Of a stretch of 64,000 nt of DNA, positions 1-10,261 are shown in pieces (within the stretch, counting starts at the first letter, position 1; every line of letters starts with the position of its first letter). The translations under genes and the position numbers were made by a program. The stretch is from a virus. Under the pieces are notes generated by a model. It was not told where the DNA came from. It did not search any database and worked only from the letters and a program-made list of their open reading frames with translations. The stretch is taken from the IMG/VR virus record IMGVR_UViG_3300042351_000809; one strand, 5' to 3'.

Positions 1-897
1 AGTGGCTCCCATCACAGAAACGGCTTGGACAGCGGTTTCTTTGCCTGAAGCCGCATTTTTATCTTCATGAAGCTTTTCAAGATTGCTACTAGACTCATAC
101 CAATCAATAATCTTATCTACATCATTATTGTACTCATCAGGATGCTTGACACTAGACTTGCTCATTAAGTCTTTGAAGTATCTAGCATAACCAAATAACT
201 CAACCTGATAAAATGTTAGGTGAGTAACTGGTTTACCATAAAAAAAGTAAGGGTTATCGTCAGCTAAATAGAAATAATTAAGAAAAAATCCACTAACACC
301 AATTCTTTTGATATTATGATTATTAAATTTTTGGGCGCATTTAGAATATCCAGCAACTAAATTAAATAATTCATTTTGATCTACATCTTCAAACTCCTCT
401 ACAGTAAAAGCACGTTTTTCGCATTTATCATCAGAATAAACTGAGTAATAAACATAAAACTCATTCATTCTCTTAGAACAGTATGTTTCACAAGTATTCT
501 CTAACAGCTCATTCTTTTTATGTTCTAAAAGGCGGATCTCTTCAGAGATTTCTTTCATCTGCTTATCAACGCTGTCAAGGTCTCTAGTCAAGTATAGTTT
601 GCGACGAGTTTTTGTTAAATTAGCAAGAGTTAATTTGTTATTTTCTATCTTTTTATCGTCTTTTTCGCTGTAAATATTTTCTTTAATTAGTTCTTTTATC
701 TTTTCTTCGTTCGTCGGAATGCCCTGAGATTTGGCTTTATTATAATAATAATTTTCTTGAATTTCTATTGTTCCTGCGTCTTTTGGAGACAAGTGTTTCA
801 TATAGTAAGTTTTGCCGTTTAAGGTAAATGCAGAAGAGCCTACTATTATTTCCCAATAGAGAGACTTTAAATTTTTATTGAATGCTTCTATGTCCAT
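1..897 (-). CDS. Hypothetical tail-module protein, possibly tail assembly chaperone (runs off the window edge)
   Basis: Not in the ORF track. Read by eye from ATG at 897 (MDIEAFNKNLKSLYWEII...), same frame at position 1 (...AVSVMGAT). Lies downstream of the tail tube gene. Confidence 0.6.
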   Translation of the reverse strand, partial: MDIEAFNKNLKSLYWEIIVGSSAFTLNGKTYYMKHLSPKDAGTIEIQENYYYNKAKSQGIPTNEEKIKELIKENIYSEKDDKKIENNKLTLANLTKTRRKLYLTRDLDSVDKQMKEISEEIRLLEHKKNELLENTCETYCSKRMNEFYVYYSVYSDDKCEKRAFTVEEFEDVDQNELFNLVAGYSKCAQKFNNHNIKRIGVSGFFLNYFYLADDNPYFFYGKPVTHLTFYQVELFGYARYFKDLMSKSSVKHPDEYNNDVDKIIDWYESSSNLEKLHEDKNAASGKETAVQAVSVMGAT

Positions 898-902
898 ATA
901 CT

Positions 903-928
903 AAAAAGCCCCCGCTTTCGCAGGGGCT
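903..928 (-). terminator. Rho-independent terminator
   Basis: AGCCCC/GGGGCT stem followed by a U-tract on the minus strand. Confidence 0.7.
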
Positions 929-949
929 AGGATTAATTTTTGCAAGAAA

Positions 950-1690
950 TCAGAAAATCTTTTGCTCTAGTTTTAGTAAATCGAAGTCTTCTCTAGTATT
1001 TGCTCTTCCAACATACCAGAAGCTAATAAAATAAATAAAAGCGTTAGCTGCTTTAGTTAAATGAGGGTCTTCCGATTCAAAAATTTCGTCATACCTGTTC
1101 ATTCGGGCTTCATAATCTCCTTCGCCAAAGAATGGCAGTTTCTCCCCGTTTTTCTCATAGTATGACAAAAATAATATCCACCAAGTAATTACCTTATTAC
1201 GCGCCCTCGTCTCTGCGGTATTATCAAACAAGGATTCTTTTTGCATCTCTAATTCAGTTAGAGAGCTTTTAATTACAGTAATTTTGGTTTCTAGTTCTTC
1301 CTTCTTAGTTACAAAATATTCTGGCCGATCTTTCTCCTCTAAAGCGACAAGTCTTTGTAGCTCATTTTGAGTATCATATAGATCCTTATAGGCATCTGCC
1401 TCTGCGCTCTTAGTCTTGTCTGCTAAGATTCCGCCGTCATCAACATATCTCTTATTTAGGAGTGTACGAGTAAGCAGTCCAGCTTTAACGCCTTCAGAGA
1501 GCTTAACTCCATAAAATAACTCAGCTTCATCAAATAAAGCTCTTGTTGGCTTCTTGATAAAATAATTATGAGGGATTTGAGTTACTACATCTTTGGTAAT
1601 CGTAACCTTTTGTCCAGCTTCATTTACAGACTCTTCTGTTTCTTTTACAATACCCTCTTTATTTACTGCAAATTCGTATATTGTTTTCAT
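950..1690 (-). CDS. Hypothetical coiled-coil protein, putative tail assembly chaperone
   Basis: 246-aa ORF; position after the tail tube gene. Confidence 0.5.
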   Translation of the reverse strand: MKTIYEFAVNKEGIVKETEESVNEAGQKVTITKDVVTQIPHNYFIKKPTRALFDEAELFYGVKLSEGVKAGLLTRTLLNKRYVDDGGILADKTKSAEADAYKDLYDTQNELQRLVALEEKDRPEYFVTKKEELETKITVIKSSLTELEMQKESLFDNTAETRARNKVITWWILFLSYYEKNGEKLPFFGEGDYEARMNRYDEIFESEDPHLTKAANAFIYFISFWYVGRANTREDFDLLKLEQKIF

Positions 1691-1908
1691 TATAAATCTA
1701 TATTGTTTAGCTCTTCTTCAAACTGTCTAATAGCATCATTACCAGAATCAAGAACTTTTTTTCTTAATCTTTGGTACTTATCTTCAGATATATTATAACC
1801 ATCTTCTTTTAAATCTTCAAGTAAGATTAAAAAGTTTTTATATAGATTAATAACTTTGCGCCGATTTTGAAAGAGGATGAACTCTTTCATTTTTATATCC
1901 ATAGCCAT
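1690..1908 (-). CDS. Small hypothetical protein
   Basis: ORF track 1690-1950; ATG at 1908 (MAMDIK) preferred because the longer start overlaps the GTGTAA motif. Confidence 0.6.
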   Translation of the reverse strand: MAMDIKMKEFILFQNRRKVINLYKNFLILLEDLKEDGYNISEDKYQRLRKKVLDSGNDAIRQFEEELNNIDL

Positions 1909-1956
1909 AATACCTTTGAAATGCCTTTGCCTAATAATCTTTACACACACAAAAAC

Positions 1957-1987
1957 AAAAAAGCCCCAGTTTTTAGGCTGGGGCTTT
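1957..1987 (-). terminator. Rho-independent terminator after the tail tube gene
   Basis: AAAGCCCCAG/CTGGGGCTTT stem plus U-tract. Confidence 0.8.
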
Positions 1988-2006
1988 GAAGTTGATATTT
2001 ATTTAA

Positions 2007-3191
2007 TTAGTGGAGAGGCAAGGTCTCAAGCATGAATAGTCCTCTATCATTTTGTTGAGGAGAACCGACTTGAGTAGAGAAGTTTAATGTAACTTGCTTG
2101 TTGGCTCCGATTGAAGAAGAGAAGTCTTGTGAATCCAAGTTAAGTCTCTTTAGAACGTAACCAACTCCTTCGCTGGCGATTAAATCTGTATTAGCGACAG
2201 CAGGAGCAGCGAGAGTAATAACTGCATCATAAATACCGTCTGTATTTACTAAATCAACCAAGTTACCAGTAGTAAGATCTTGCACTAAAGCTGTAACAGA
2301 AAGGGTTACAGTAACTGGGAAATCAATTTCTCTTGAATAAGCATATCTGCTTCCGATCTTTTGCAATGGAGTTCTGTTTAGACCCATTGAGATGGAGAAG
2401 TTTTGAATAGCGGCAGAGGTAGTTAAATCTGTACCACCATAAGACTGACCTTGAGTCTTTGTTAAAGAGAAAGAAATATCTCCGTGTCTGAGAGCAGCGA
2501 CTTTTCCAAGAGCGTTTTCGCCATTTGGATTACCAGTAGCTTGAGGAAGAACGAAATTTCCTCCAGCAATATTTCCAGCAGCAGTAACACCGGGAGCAGC
2601 ACCTGAATTTCCATTGCTGAAATTCATATTTAAGCATTCCAAGCTAACAGAAGTAGTTGGGAAATCTCCTACGGCAGCATTAATTGAATAATTAGTTAAG
2701 AAGCCATTGCCTAGTCCAATAGTGCTTCCAACTGAGTTATTTGCAGTTGTATCACTAGCAAAAGAAGAAGCGTCATTTCCTTCACTAACAGTTCTAATGA
2801 AATAGTTCTTTGTATTAACAAATCCACTAGTAAGAATTCCAGATAAACAAGATTGAGTAGCAGCGGCACTAGTTATATTGACAATACCAGTGATTCCTGC
2901 ATCGATAACTGAAAAACCAAGATTTTTTTCATTAGCCATGTCTGTTAGCAAGTAAGTAAAATCAACTCCTACAGTAGGCTGTTCTAGAATAATACGATCA
3001 ATAGCGGCTAGATTGCCGAATTGGTTAACGTCTCTTCTTGTAATATTGAAATTATAATTACAAGATTGAACGCGAGAAAACTGGTTAATATATAAAGCCC
3101 CAGTTTGTGGTGGCGTAGAAGCAGATACATCAACAGTATCTTTTGTATTGAATAGAGCTTCTGATTGGTAAATTACACGATTTCTTGGCAT
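2007..3191 (-). CDS. Major tail (tube) protein
   Basis: 394 aa, beta-rich, S/T/G/N-rich; follows the neck genes; has its own promoter motif and terminator, as expected for a high-copy virion protein. Confidence 0.65.
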   Translation of the reverse strand: MPRNRVIYQSEALFNTKDTVDVSASTPPQTGALYINQFSRVQSCNYNFNITRRDVNQFGNLAAIDRIILEQPTVGVDFTYLLTDMANEKNLGFSVIDAGITGIVNITSAAATQSCLSGILTSGFVNTKNYFIRTVSEGNDASSFASDTTANNSVGSTIGLGNGFLTNYSINAAVGDFPTTSVSLECLNMNFSNGNSGAAPGVTAAGNIAGGNFVLPQATGNPNGENALGKVAALRHGDISFSLTKTQGQSYGGTDLTTSAAIQNFSISMGLNRTPLQKIGSRYAYSREIDFPVTVTLSVTALVQDLTTGNLVDLVNTDGIYDAVITLAAPAVANTDLIASEGVGYVLKRLNLDSQDFSSSIGANKQVTLNFSTQVGSPQQNDRGLFMLETLPLH

Positions 3192-3271
3192 ATTTTTAAT
3201 CCTTTAAATTTCTTTTTATTATTACATTTTTTATTGTATTTTGAGAAATTATTATATTCCTCGCCATATTT

Positions 3272-4120
3272 TTATGTTTGTCTTGGCTCTCTGAATTTAA
3301 CTAACTCAAAATCAATCAGCCCATAATAAGAACCGGGATTGATGTTATTCTCCCTGTCTCTTACACCCGCGACCTTTGATACGGAAACTCTATCTATCAT
3401 GCAGTAGTCTTTGCCGCTTGTAATCTTATTATAATTAAAAACTACCCCACTCTTAAAGCTGCCTAAAACATTAAATGGATTGTATGTTGGATCAATTAGA
3501 GGAACATTATCATAATTTCTATCTCTAAATAATGAACAAACCGCATCTAATGTATATTGTGAATCAGCAATAACAATAGCTCTAAAGTCTACTCTCGTTT
3601 CGTCTGTGCCTCCAAAAGCCCAAGGATCGTTTGTGCTTCCATTGTTTTTAATGAAAATTACAGGATAAGTTATTGTATTTTCTTTTAAAGAATCTTTCAA
3701 AGATCCAGCAGGGGTTTTGTTTCTTCTAACATATTGAGTTTCGAATAACAATACCTCTTCTGGCTGAGATGTCATTAACACGTTAAATTCTTTAACTGAA
3801 TAAGTTCCAGAAACGCTAAGAGATCCAGAACTTAAATAAATCTGGCCTTCTGAATAATTTATACCGCTTAGAGGGCTTTGACCTAAATTATAATTCGTGC
3901 CATTTATGCTAACCCCTGTCATTACTGTCGCTCCAGCAATTGAAGAATCATAAACCAATCCTTTGTAAGGTCCGTTATAAGCATAGAAACCATTCACATA
4001 AGAAGAATTGGCAGGAAATGTAGTAGTTACGTTATAGTAAGCCTCACCCTTGGATAACAGAGTGTGATCAAACCACATTAAAAACGATGAAGATATTTGG
4101 TTGTCAAATTGCGGTTTCAT
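3272..4120 (-). CDS. Putative tail terminator/completion protein
   Basis: Position between neck genes and tail tube. Confidence 0.45.
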   Translation of the reverse strand: MKPQFDNQISSSFLMWFDHTLLSKGEAYYNVTTTFPANSSYVNGFYAYNGPYKGLVYDSSIAGATVMTGVSINGTNYNLGQSPLSGINYSEGQIYLSSGSLSVSGTYSVKEFNVLMTSQPEEVLLFETQYVRRNKTPAGSLKDSLKENTITYPVIFIKNNGSTNDPWAFGGTDETRVDFRAIVIADSQYTLDAVCSLFRDRNYDNVPLIDPTYNPFNVLGSFKSGVVFNYNKITSGKDYCMIDRVSVSKVAGVRDRENNINPGSYYGLIDFELVKFREPRQT

Positions 4121-4731
4121 TATTTAAGTTTATCCTTTAGATTTTTTAGTATTGTACTTAAGTATTTTACAGTAGAGAAAGAGCCTGATCTAACTTTGTC
4201 ATCTGACTGAATACCGCCTCCAGATCGGCTAGGTTCAGGAGATTTGAATTTTCCAGACAAGTAATATCCCAATCCAGAAATACCTCTTTCAATTCCTCTA
4301 ACCCAGCTTCTTCCTGTTTCCCAAGGCAATGGAGTTTTTTGCTCTATTGATTTTAAAGTAGGAACTGAAACAGAGAATTCGAATTGAACGCCTGTTTCTA
4401 TTGTTTTTGTTTTTGGAATTCTATTTAATAATATTTCTTCTTCTAAAATTTGTCTTACCTCTTGTGTAGGCTTAGAATCTTGATCGAATCCAATAAATGT
4501 AAATAAATTAGAGTCAGGTTTAGTTCCGGGCAATGTTTTTGACACGTTCTTTCCTTCAACTCCCATTTCTAATTCGACAGTAACTGGATGCTGATCAAAT
4601 TCTTTTAGTGTTTGGCCTTTAATTTTTTGAAATTCTTTTTCAGCTCTTTGATAAGCTAAATTTTGAACATCTTTACTGAAAAGAAGTTTTTTAACTTCTC
4701 TATTTAAAACTGCTTTATTTATTGTGGCCAT
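4120..4731 (-). CDS. Putative neck/tail completion protein
   Basis: 203-aa basic ORF; synteny only. Confidence 0.4.
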   Translation of the reverse strand: MATINKAVLNREVKKLLFSKDVQNLAYQRAEKEFQKIKGQTLKEFDQHPVTVELEMGVEGKNVSKTLPGTKPDSNLFTFIGFDQDSKPTQEVRQILEEEILLNRIPKTKTIETGVQFEFSVSVPTLKSIEQKTPLPWETGRSWVRGIERGISGLGYYLSGKFKSPEPSRSGGGIQSDDKVRSGSFSTVKYLSTILKNLKDKLK

Positions 4732-5171
4732 TACATTATTTCCTTCATCATGTACTCATAATAAGGTTCATCAATGTATCTTTTAACTACAAAACCATAT
4801 TGCACATTCCAAGATTTATTGTCAAAAGTTATTCTTTCTGTTTTGCCATTTTCAATGTAATCTTTAGCCTCTAAACGGACTCTTATTCTTGCAGTAGTAT
4901 TAGGATTTTTAATCTCAGAATTTAAAGATACAATATCTTCATCTGGGCTACCATAAAATATTCTAGCTTTGTAAACTCCAGAGACTGGTGTATAAGTTAC
5001 ACTATCAGGCAATTGATCTGTAGGATAACCAAATACAGGAGTTTCATTAACAGAAGTTATATTTTTAATAGGCTCTTTGTAAACGACAATATCCCTAGAC
5101 AATGTATCAAAAAGATCATTGTAATTTGATCCAAAGCTAAGTCTTTGTGCGTCTGTTAGTAAAGATGCCAT
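4731..5171 (-). CDS. Putative head-closure protein
   Basis: 146 aa, beta-rich; synteny after the adaptor. Confidence 0.45.
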   Translation of the reverse strand: MASLLTDAQRLSFGSNYNDLFDTLSRDIVVYKEPIKNITSVNETPVFGYPTDQLPDSVTYTPVSGVYKARIFYGSPDEDIVSLNSEIKNPNTTARIRVRLEAKDYIENGKTERITFDNKSWNVQYGFVVKRYIDEPYYEYMMKEIM

Positions 5172-5173
5172 AA

Positions 5174-5668
5174 TTAGATTCTATTAAATGGTCTGATTGA
5201 ATAATACTTATCGGTAATATAAGATCCAGCCACAGTATCGTCGCCAGCAACTTGCAAAGGACCAACGTCGTTGATATTATAATCATTAATCATCATAGTT
5301 AATTCATTAAGCATATTTTTCTTAGCTTCTAAGTATATTTTGCTGGTTTCATTTTTATTAATCCTACGGACAGTTCCACCGCCGTCTGTAACTTCCAACA
5401 AACTATCTCCATTTATTGCATTTAAAGTTTGCTTGACTTTTAAGTCATAGAAATAACATTCGTAGATTTTTTTATAAATAGACTTCTCTGTTTCGCCCAA
5501 ATTAGGCACAAGCTCCAAAGTATTGTCATCAATAACAATATCTTTGTTCAGCTTATTATTAAGAATACCTATATTGCTCCTAAGCCAATAACTAATAGCT
5601 GGTACTGATAGATCACTTGGTTGACCTAATTCGAAATATATTTCTTGAGCCATGTCTACAATTTTCAT
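5174..5668 (-). CDS. Putative head-tail adaptor
   Basis: 164 aa, helical; synteny. Confidence 0.45.
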   Translation of the reverse strand: MKIVDMAQEIYFELGQPSDLSVPAISYWLRSNIGILNNKLNKDIVIDDNTLELVPNLGETEKSIYKKIYECYFYDLKVKQTLNAINGDSLLEVTDGGGTVRRINKNETSKIYLEAKKNMLNELTMMINDYNINDVGPLQVAGDDTVAGSYITDKYYSIRPFNRI

Positions 5669-5669
5669 A

Positions 5670-6050
5670 TTAGTATGTTATTTCTGGATTAATTATAAAA
5701 TAACCGCCTTCAATAGTACGAGCATAATCTTCTCCCGAGAAAACTTGAACATCGTATAGTAAGTAACTGCAAGGTAAAGCCGCCATTCCTGTTCTGCCAA
5801 TGCTGATATCGATATATCCACTAACAAAGCTTTCTCCTGCGGCTCCTGATATGATTTGTGGTTTTAAGTTTAATAAAATACCAGAATTGGGCACATATAC
5901 ATCGTCATTTGTATATCCTGCCCCATAACTTGCCCTTACATAGCCAGAAGCCGTGAAGCCTGATAAGTTTATAACAACTCCATCAGAGTCACGGGCAACA
6001 AGTCTCTTATAAAAAGAGTTTCCTTGTGTACCTGTTAAATTCATACACAT
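5670..6050 (-). CDS. Virion structural protein, BppU-N-like fold
   Basis: Pattern QGxSF...INLSGFTA...YDV...IEG.F.I.PEIT is typical of these small phage structural proteins. Confidence 0.5.
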   Translation of the reverse strand: MCMNLTGTQGNSFYKRLVARDSDGVVINLSGFTASGYVRASYGAGYTNDDVYVPNSGILLNLKPQIISGAAGESFVSGYIDISIGRTGMAALPCSYLLYDVQVFSGEDYARTIEGGYFIINPEITY

Positions 6051-6057
6051 TATTACA

Positions 6058-6082
6058 CAAAAAAAGCCCCTTTCGGGGCTTG
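6058..6082 (-). terminator. Rho-independent terminator
   Basis: AAGCCCC-GAAA-GGGGCTT plus U-tract. Confidence 0.8.
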
Positions 6083-6101
6083 AGAAGAGATATTTTAAAA
6101 A

Positions 6102-6929
6102 TTAAGCATTATCTCCAGTTGGAACTGGTGGAGGAGGAGGTGGAGGAGTTGGCTCATTTACAGTTACGATAGCAAGATCACTCTTTACAGATCCAGCAAC
6201 ATTGCTAACTGTTACAGAGTAATTTCCAGAATCAGAGATTTGAGCATTCGTAATTTCAAAAGCACTTCCAGTGGCAGCTAGAATAATCTCACCATTTTTA
6301 TCCCATTGGAAAGCAAATGGCTGATCTCCCATAACTCCCACGTTCAAGTAGCCAACCCCACTGACCATCAAGTCAAGATTTTGAGGCTGAGATGTAATTA
6401 CTGGAGCTTGGAATAAATTCAATGAAGCGTTAGAGCTAGTAATTGAACCTGCTGGATTGTTGATCTTAACATTATAAGAACCCAAATCTCCAGTTCCAAC
6501 AGTTGGTATAGAATAAATTGAAGAAGTCGCTCCTTCGACATCTGATCCATTTTTAACCCATTGATAACTTAATGGAGAATCACCGCTTGCCACTACGGAA
6601 AATTCAGCAGCTTGTCCATCTAGAACTTTTTGATCTACTGGTTGAGAAGTAATAAATGGAGCAATAGCTTGAGTGTATCCTAAATTTTCTAATACCACAT
6701 TCTTTACATAATCATAATCGGCTGTAGCAGTTTGCTCAGGTGGCCAGTCTTGCCAGTCGTCTCCTGCAAGATTAGTAAAAGTTTTATCTAAAACTAGACC
6801 TGCTGGATTTTTCATTACAACTGAAAATCTTATTCCTTCATGAGGATCAAATGCATTAAAATCAACACAAAGTTCTGTCACATTTGCGCCAGATGGCTTT
6901 GGATAAACGGGGATAAATATTGTATTCAT
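6102..6929 (-). CDS. Immunoglobulin (I-set-like) domain protein with two Ig domains
   Basis: Two repeats of P.ITSQP...(Y/F)QW.KNG..I.GAT...D.G.Y.V...N.AGS; Pro-rich C-terminus. Confidence 0.8.
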   Translation of the reverse strand: MNTIFIPVYPKPSGANVTELCVDFNAFDPHEGIRFSVVMKNPAGLVLDKTFTNLAGDDWQDWPPEQTATADYDYVKNVVLENLGYTQAIAPFITSQPVDQKVLDGQAAEFSVVASGDSPLSYQWVKNGSDVEGATSSIYSIPTVGTGDLGSYNVKINNPAGSITSSNASLNLFQAPVITSQPQNLDLMVSGVGYLNVGVMGDQPFAFQWDKNGEIILAATGSAFEITNAQISDSGNYSVTVSNVAGSVKSDLAIVTVNEPTPPPPPPPVPTGDNA

Positions 6930-6976
6930 TTTCTTATTTTAATCTAAAATTAAGTTATTCTAATATTTTTTACACT

Positions 6977-9064
6977 TTATAATCCGAATCTTCCTTTTGT
7001 AGCGTTGTAATTTTGCAAAACTTCAGCAGCAGATAATGTTCTAGTGTAAATTCTTGCTGTTGCTATTTTTCCATTCCATACAGAAGTCCCTCCATCATAT
7101 CTTGAACCAATACTTACATTTGTTGTGTTATCATTAACCGCACTTGTTGGATTTACAGTAGTACTTGATAGAAGAGAGCCATTTACATATATTTTTATTG
7201 TAGAAGATCCCGCTACCCTTTCGTGAGTGCCTATTATATGATACCAAGTATTCAAGGAGAAAGAATAAGTAGCGTCTGTGTATGGACCTCCGCCAGCTCC
7301 AACGTCCATATAAACTTTAGAGTTCGCCGAATTGACTAATAAACAATACTCTTCTTGGGAATCTGATATTCCTTTCCCTATAATACCACCATAGTAACTC
7401 ATAGCAGAACTAATGAATACCCATCCTTCTAAAGACAAATTAGAAGTATTTTTAATAGAAGCGGCGCTTGGTATTGATACATAATCATTGCTGCCATCAA
7501 ATACTATATTTCCACCTGCATCAGAGTTATAAGTCGGACCATTTGTTAATGTTCCACTATTGCTATTTCCACTAACATCGTACCAAGTTGTTCCAGCCCC
7601 CGCATAACTATATGGATTACCTGCATCAAGTTCCATAACTAATCCAAATCTAACAATATTATTATCAAATCTAGCTTTGAATGCTTGATAATTTGAAGCA
7701 ACTTCACTATCACTTAATCGTCTACCGTACATTCTTAATAAATGATATTCATGTTGTCCAGCCCAAATATATCCTTGAGTTGTCGGATTTCCTTGATATG
7801 CGGCTCCAATATTTATTTGACTATAAGATACTGGTGAAGTTGTAGCGGCTACAGTAGTAGGTCCAGAAAGTAAAACACCATTTATATAAAGACGCAATAC
7901 ATCTCCAGTTCTAGTAGCAGTAATGTATATTATTTTATCTATATAACTTGAAATACTAACGCTTATACCCACAGTACTAGACTGAGTATTCCAATATTCA
8001 TAAATAATTGTATTCTGATACACACGCAATCCACTATGTCGTCCTGTCCATATAACTATGGATTGCCCATCTTGTGTCGTAAGAGTATTGTCATAGCTAT
8101 AAACGCTTCTGAATCCTTTTGCGTTAAATGCAACTTCTATTGTGTGGTCTGAATATAATAAATTTAAAATATTACTCGTTAAATTTTGACCTCCGTAAGA
8201 ACTAACCGCAAAAGGACTAGTGGTATTAAAATTAGAAACAAATGTTTTAGCATTATATCTTGGATTTGCACCATTAAAAACAAAATCAAAACCATTACCA
8301 CTCAAATCAAATACACATCTATCTGTATTAAAAATACCCCATTTTTGACCAAGATATGTGTGAACTAATCTTCTTTCTGTGGTTGTTAGAACTCTATTGA
8401 AAACAATAATTTCTGCTGCTTCACAAGCACTTGGTTCTCCACTTTGATAATTAATTCCCAGTCCTTTCGGCCCTGCTGAAGCTGCGGTGCTTCCAGTAGC
8501 CAATGCGGTTCCATTGCTATAAAAATTTGCTAAATCTGTTGAAGACCCGCTCCAATCTCCCATATACATTCTCCAAACAGTATCTGCTGGATCTGTTGCG
8601 CCATATACCCATCCTTCAGCATAATATTTATTAAATTGCGATCCCCAATGACCTAATAACCAATTATTATAATAAGCAGTTAAAACTCTATTCGTGTTTA
8701 ATGAAGACGATGTGTATCTACTAACAACAAAAACTGTATTAGCTGAAGTTTCCATAGTAAAAGATAAACTTCCTATGGTTTGTGAAGTCGTAAATGTTAA
8801 TACTTTTCTAGAATTTAAAGAAGAGCTTCTTGTTGGTCCAGCAGATATTGGAACCATATGATAATTAAATCCACTCTTATCTCTCCATTGACTTACAGTT
8901 GTACCTGAACTATAACTAAATGTAGTATCATCAGATGCGTCCATCCACATAACCAATCCGCCTTTGACTGGCAAATCTGTTGTTGGATATGATTTATTTT
9001 GTGATGCGTCTAAACACATCACTAAACTATCTGTTACTATTTTTGGAGAATATATTTTCGACAT
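6977..9064 (-). CDS. LamG/concanavalin A-like multi-domain virion protein
   Basis: LDAGN..SY, WYDVSGN, FDGSNDY, WYHI.GT, YVNG and R.Y.R.LS..EV.QNY motifs. Confidence 0.8.
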   Translation of the reverse strand: MSKIYSPKIVTDSLVMCLDASQNKSYPTTDLPVKGGLVMWMDASDDTTFSYSSGTTVSQWRDKSGFNYHMVPISAGPTRSSSLNSRKVLTFTTSQTIGSLSFTMETSANTVFVVSRYTSSSLNTNRVLTAYYNNWLLGHWGSQFNKYYAEGWVYGATDPADTVWRMYMGDWSGSSTDLANFYSNGTALATGSTAASAGPKGLGINYQSGEPSACEAAEIIVFNRVLTTTERRLVHTYLGQKWGIFNTDRCVFDLSGNGFDFVFNGANPRYNAKTFVSNFNTTSPFAVSSYGGQNLTSNILNLLYSDHTIEVAFNAKGFRSVYSYDNTLTTQDGQSIVIWTGRHSGLRVYQNTIIYEYWNTQSSTVGISVSISSYIDKIIYITATRTGDVLRLYINGVLLSGPTTVAATTSPVSYSQINIGAAYQGNPTTQGYIWAGQHEYHLLRMYGRRLSDSEVASNYQAFKARFDNNIVRFGLVMELDAGNPYSYAGAGTTWYDVSGNSNSGTLTNGPTYNSDAGGNIVFDGSNDYVSIPSAASIKNTSNLSLEGWVFISSAMSYYGGIIGKGISDSQEEYCLLVNSANSKVYMDVGAGGGPYTDATYSFSLNTWYHIIGTHERVAGSSTIKIYVNGSLLSSTTVNPTSAVNDNTTNVSIGSRYDGGTSVWNGKIATARIYTRTLSAAEVLQNYNATKGRFGL

Positions 9065-9067
9065 ATT

Positions 9068-10258
9068 TTATAGTCCGAATTTTGTTTTTGCTGCTTCGTA
9101 ATTTTGTGATATTTCTGTTTGACTCAAAGCTCTATTATACATTCTAAACATTGCTATTTTACCAACCCACTTTTCAGTGTTGGTTGCTGGATTTATTCCT
9201 ATTCTCGGATCTGCCGTAGCTAATGATAGTGTTGAACTATTATTAGTTGTTGATGCTACTGTGTTTATATAAACTACATATTGATTAGATGCATTTCTAA
9301 TTCCAACCACATGATACCAATTGCCTATCAAAAGGCTTGCTGTATTTGTGGTTGTAACTCTTGTAGATCCATTAAAATCTGTTAATTGAAATCCAGTTCC
9401 ACTAGCATAAACTAATCCGATAAACCCAGATACATTTGAAGATTGTGAACAATAAATTATATTATTAGTAGTAGAAGAAGACAAATTGACCCAAGCTTCG
9501 ATAGTAAATGTTCCAGTTCCAAACGCAAGACCACTAGTTGGCAAAGCTATATAATTAGTATCAAATAAAATATTTCCTTTATTAGAAACATTAGATGTAG
9601 GGCCATTTGTAAGAGTTCCATTGTTTGTATTTCCACTTAAATCGTACCAAAGTCCAATATTGCTTGTTGCACTGAAAGTGTTATTTCCAGTATCTATATT
9701 TGTCAATTCTACTTTTGGATTTCTATAATAAATTGTACCAGCGTCAGCTAGTCTTGTCGCTCCGCAAGCGCCGGGATATAAATACATGTTTAAGTTTCCA
9801 CTTGTGCTTATTGGCCCAACTGTAAAACTTCTACGTTGCCAAACATTTTGTAATGTATTTGCTATTCCAATAGATCCATTTGCGACTCCTTCAAAGTTAG
9901 CAAGATAATCTGTGCTTGGATAATTTGTAGCTCCAGTAACTAAATAATCAAAACTAAAAGTAGCATAACTTCCTGCAATTACTGGCGCAGAATTTCCGTG
10001 ATAATGACATCCATTTACTCCCAAAGTATAACTGTATACTACATCATTGGGTCTTACAGTATAGCCACCAATCACAGTTCCAGCCGCGACTCTTTGGAAA
10101 GTGCCAGTACCATTAATAGGAAAAGTAACATTTTCTGTTATTAAACCAGAACCTAAAGATTGAAATCTATTTGTGGAATAACTTTTTTTATTTCCAGCAT
10201 CTAGATTCAATATTAGTCCACTCCTAACTATTTGCGGCCCATTATTTACTGTACTCAT
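9068..10258 (-). CDS. LamG-domain virion protein
   Basis: Same LamG motifs; paralogous to its neighbours. Confidence 0.8.
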   Translation of the reverse strand: MSTVNNGPQIVRSGLILNLDAGNKKSYSTNRFQSLGSGLITENVTFPINGTGTFQRVAAGTVIGGYTVRPNDVVYSYTLGVNGCHYHGNSAPVIAGSYATFSFDYLVTGATNYPSTDYLANFEGVANGSIGIANTLQNVWQRRSFTVGPISTSGNLNMYLYPGACGATRLADAGTIYYRNPKVELTNIDTGNNTFSATSNIGLWYDLSGNTNNGTLTNGPTSNVSNKGNILFDTNYIALPTSGLAFGTGTFTIEAWVNLSSSTTNNIIYCSQSSNVSGFIGLVYASGTGFQLTDFNGSTRVTTTNTASLLIGNWYHVVGIRNASNQYVVYINTVASTTNNSSTLSLATADPRIGINPATNTEKWVGKIAMFRMYNRALSQTEISQNYEAAKTKFGL

Positions 10259-10261
10259 ATT

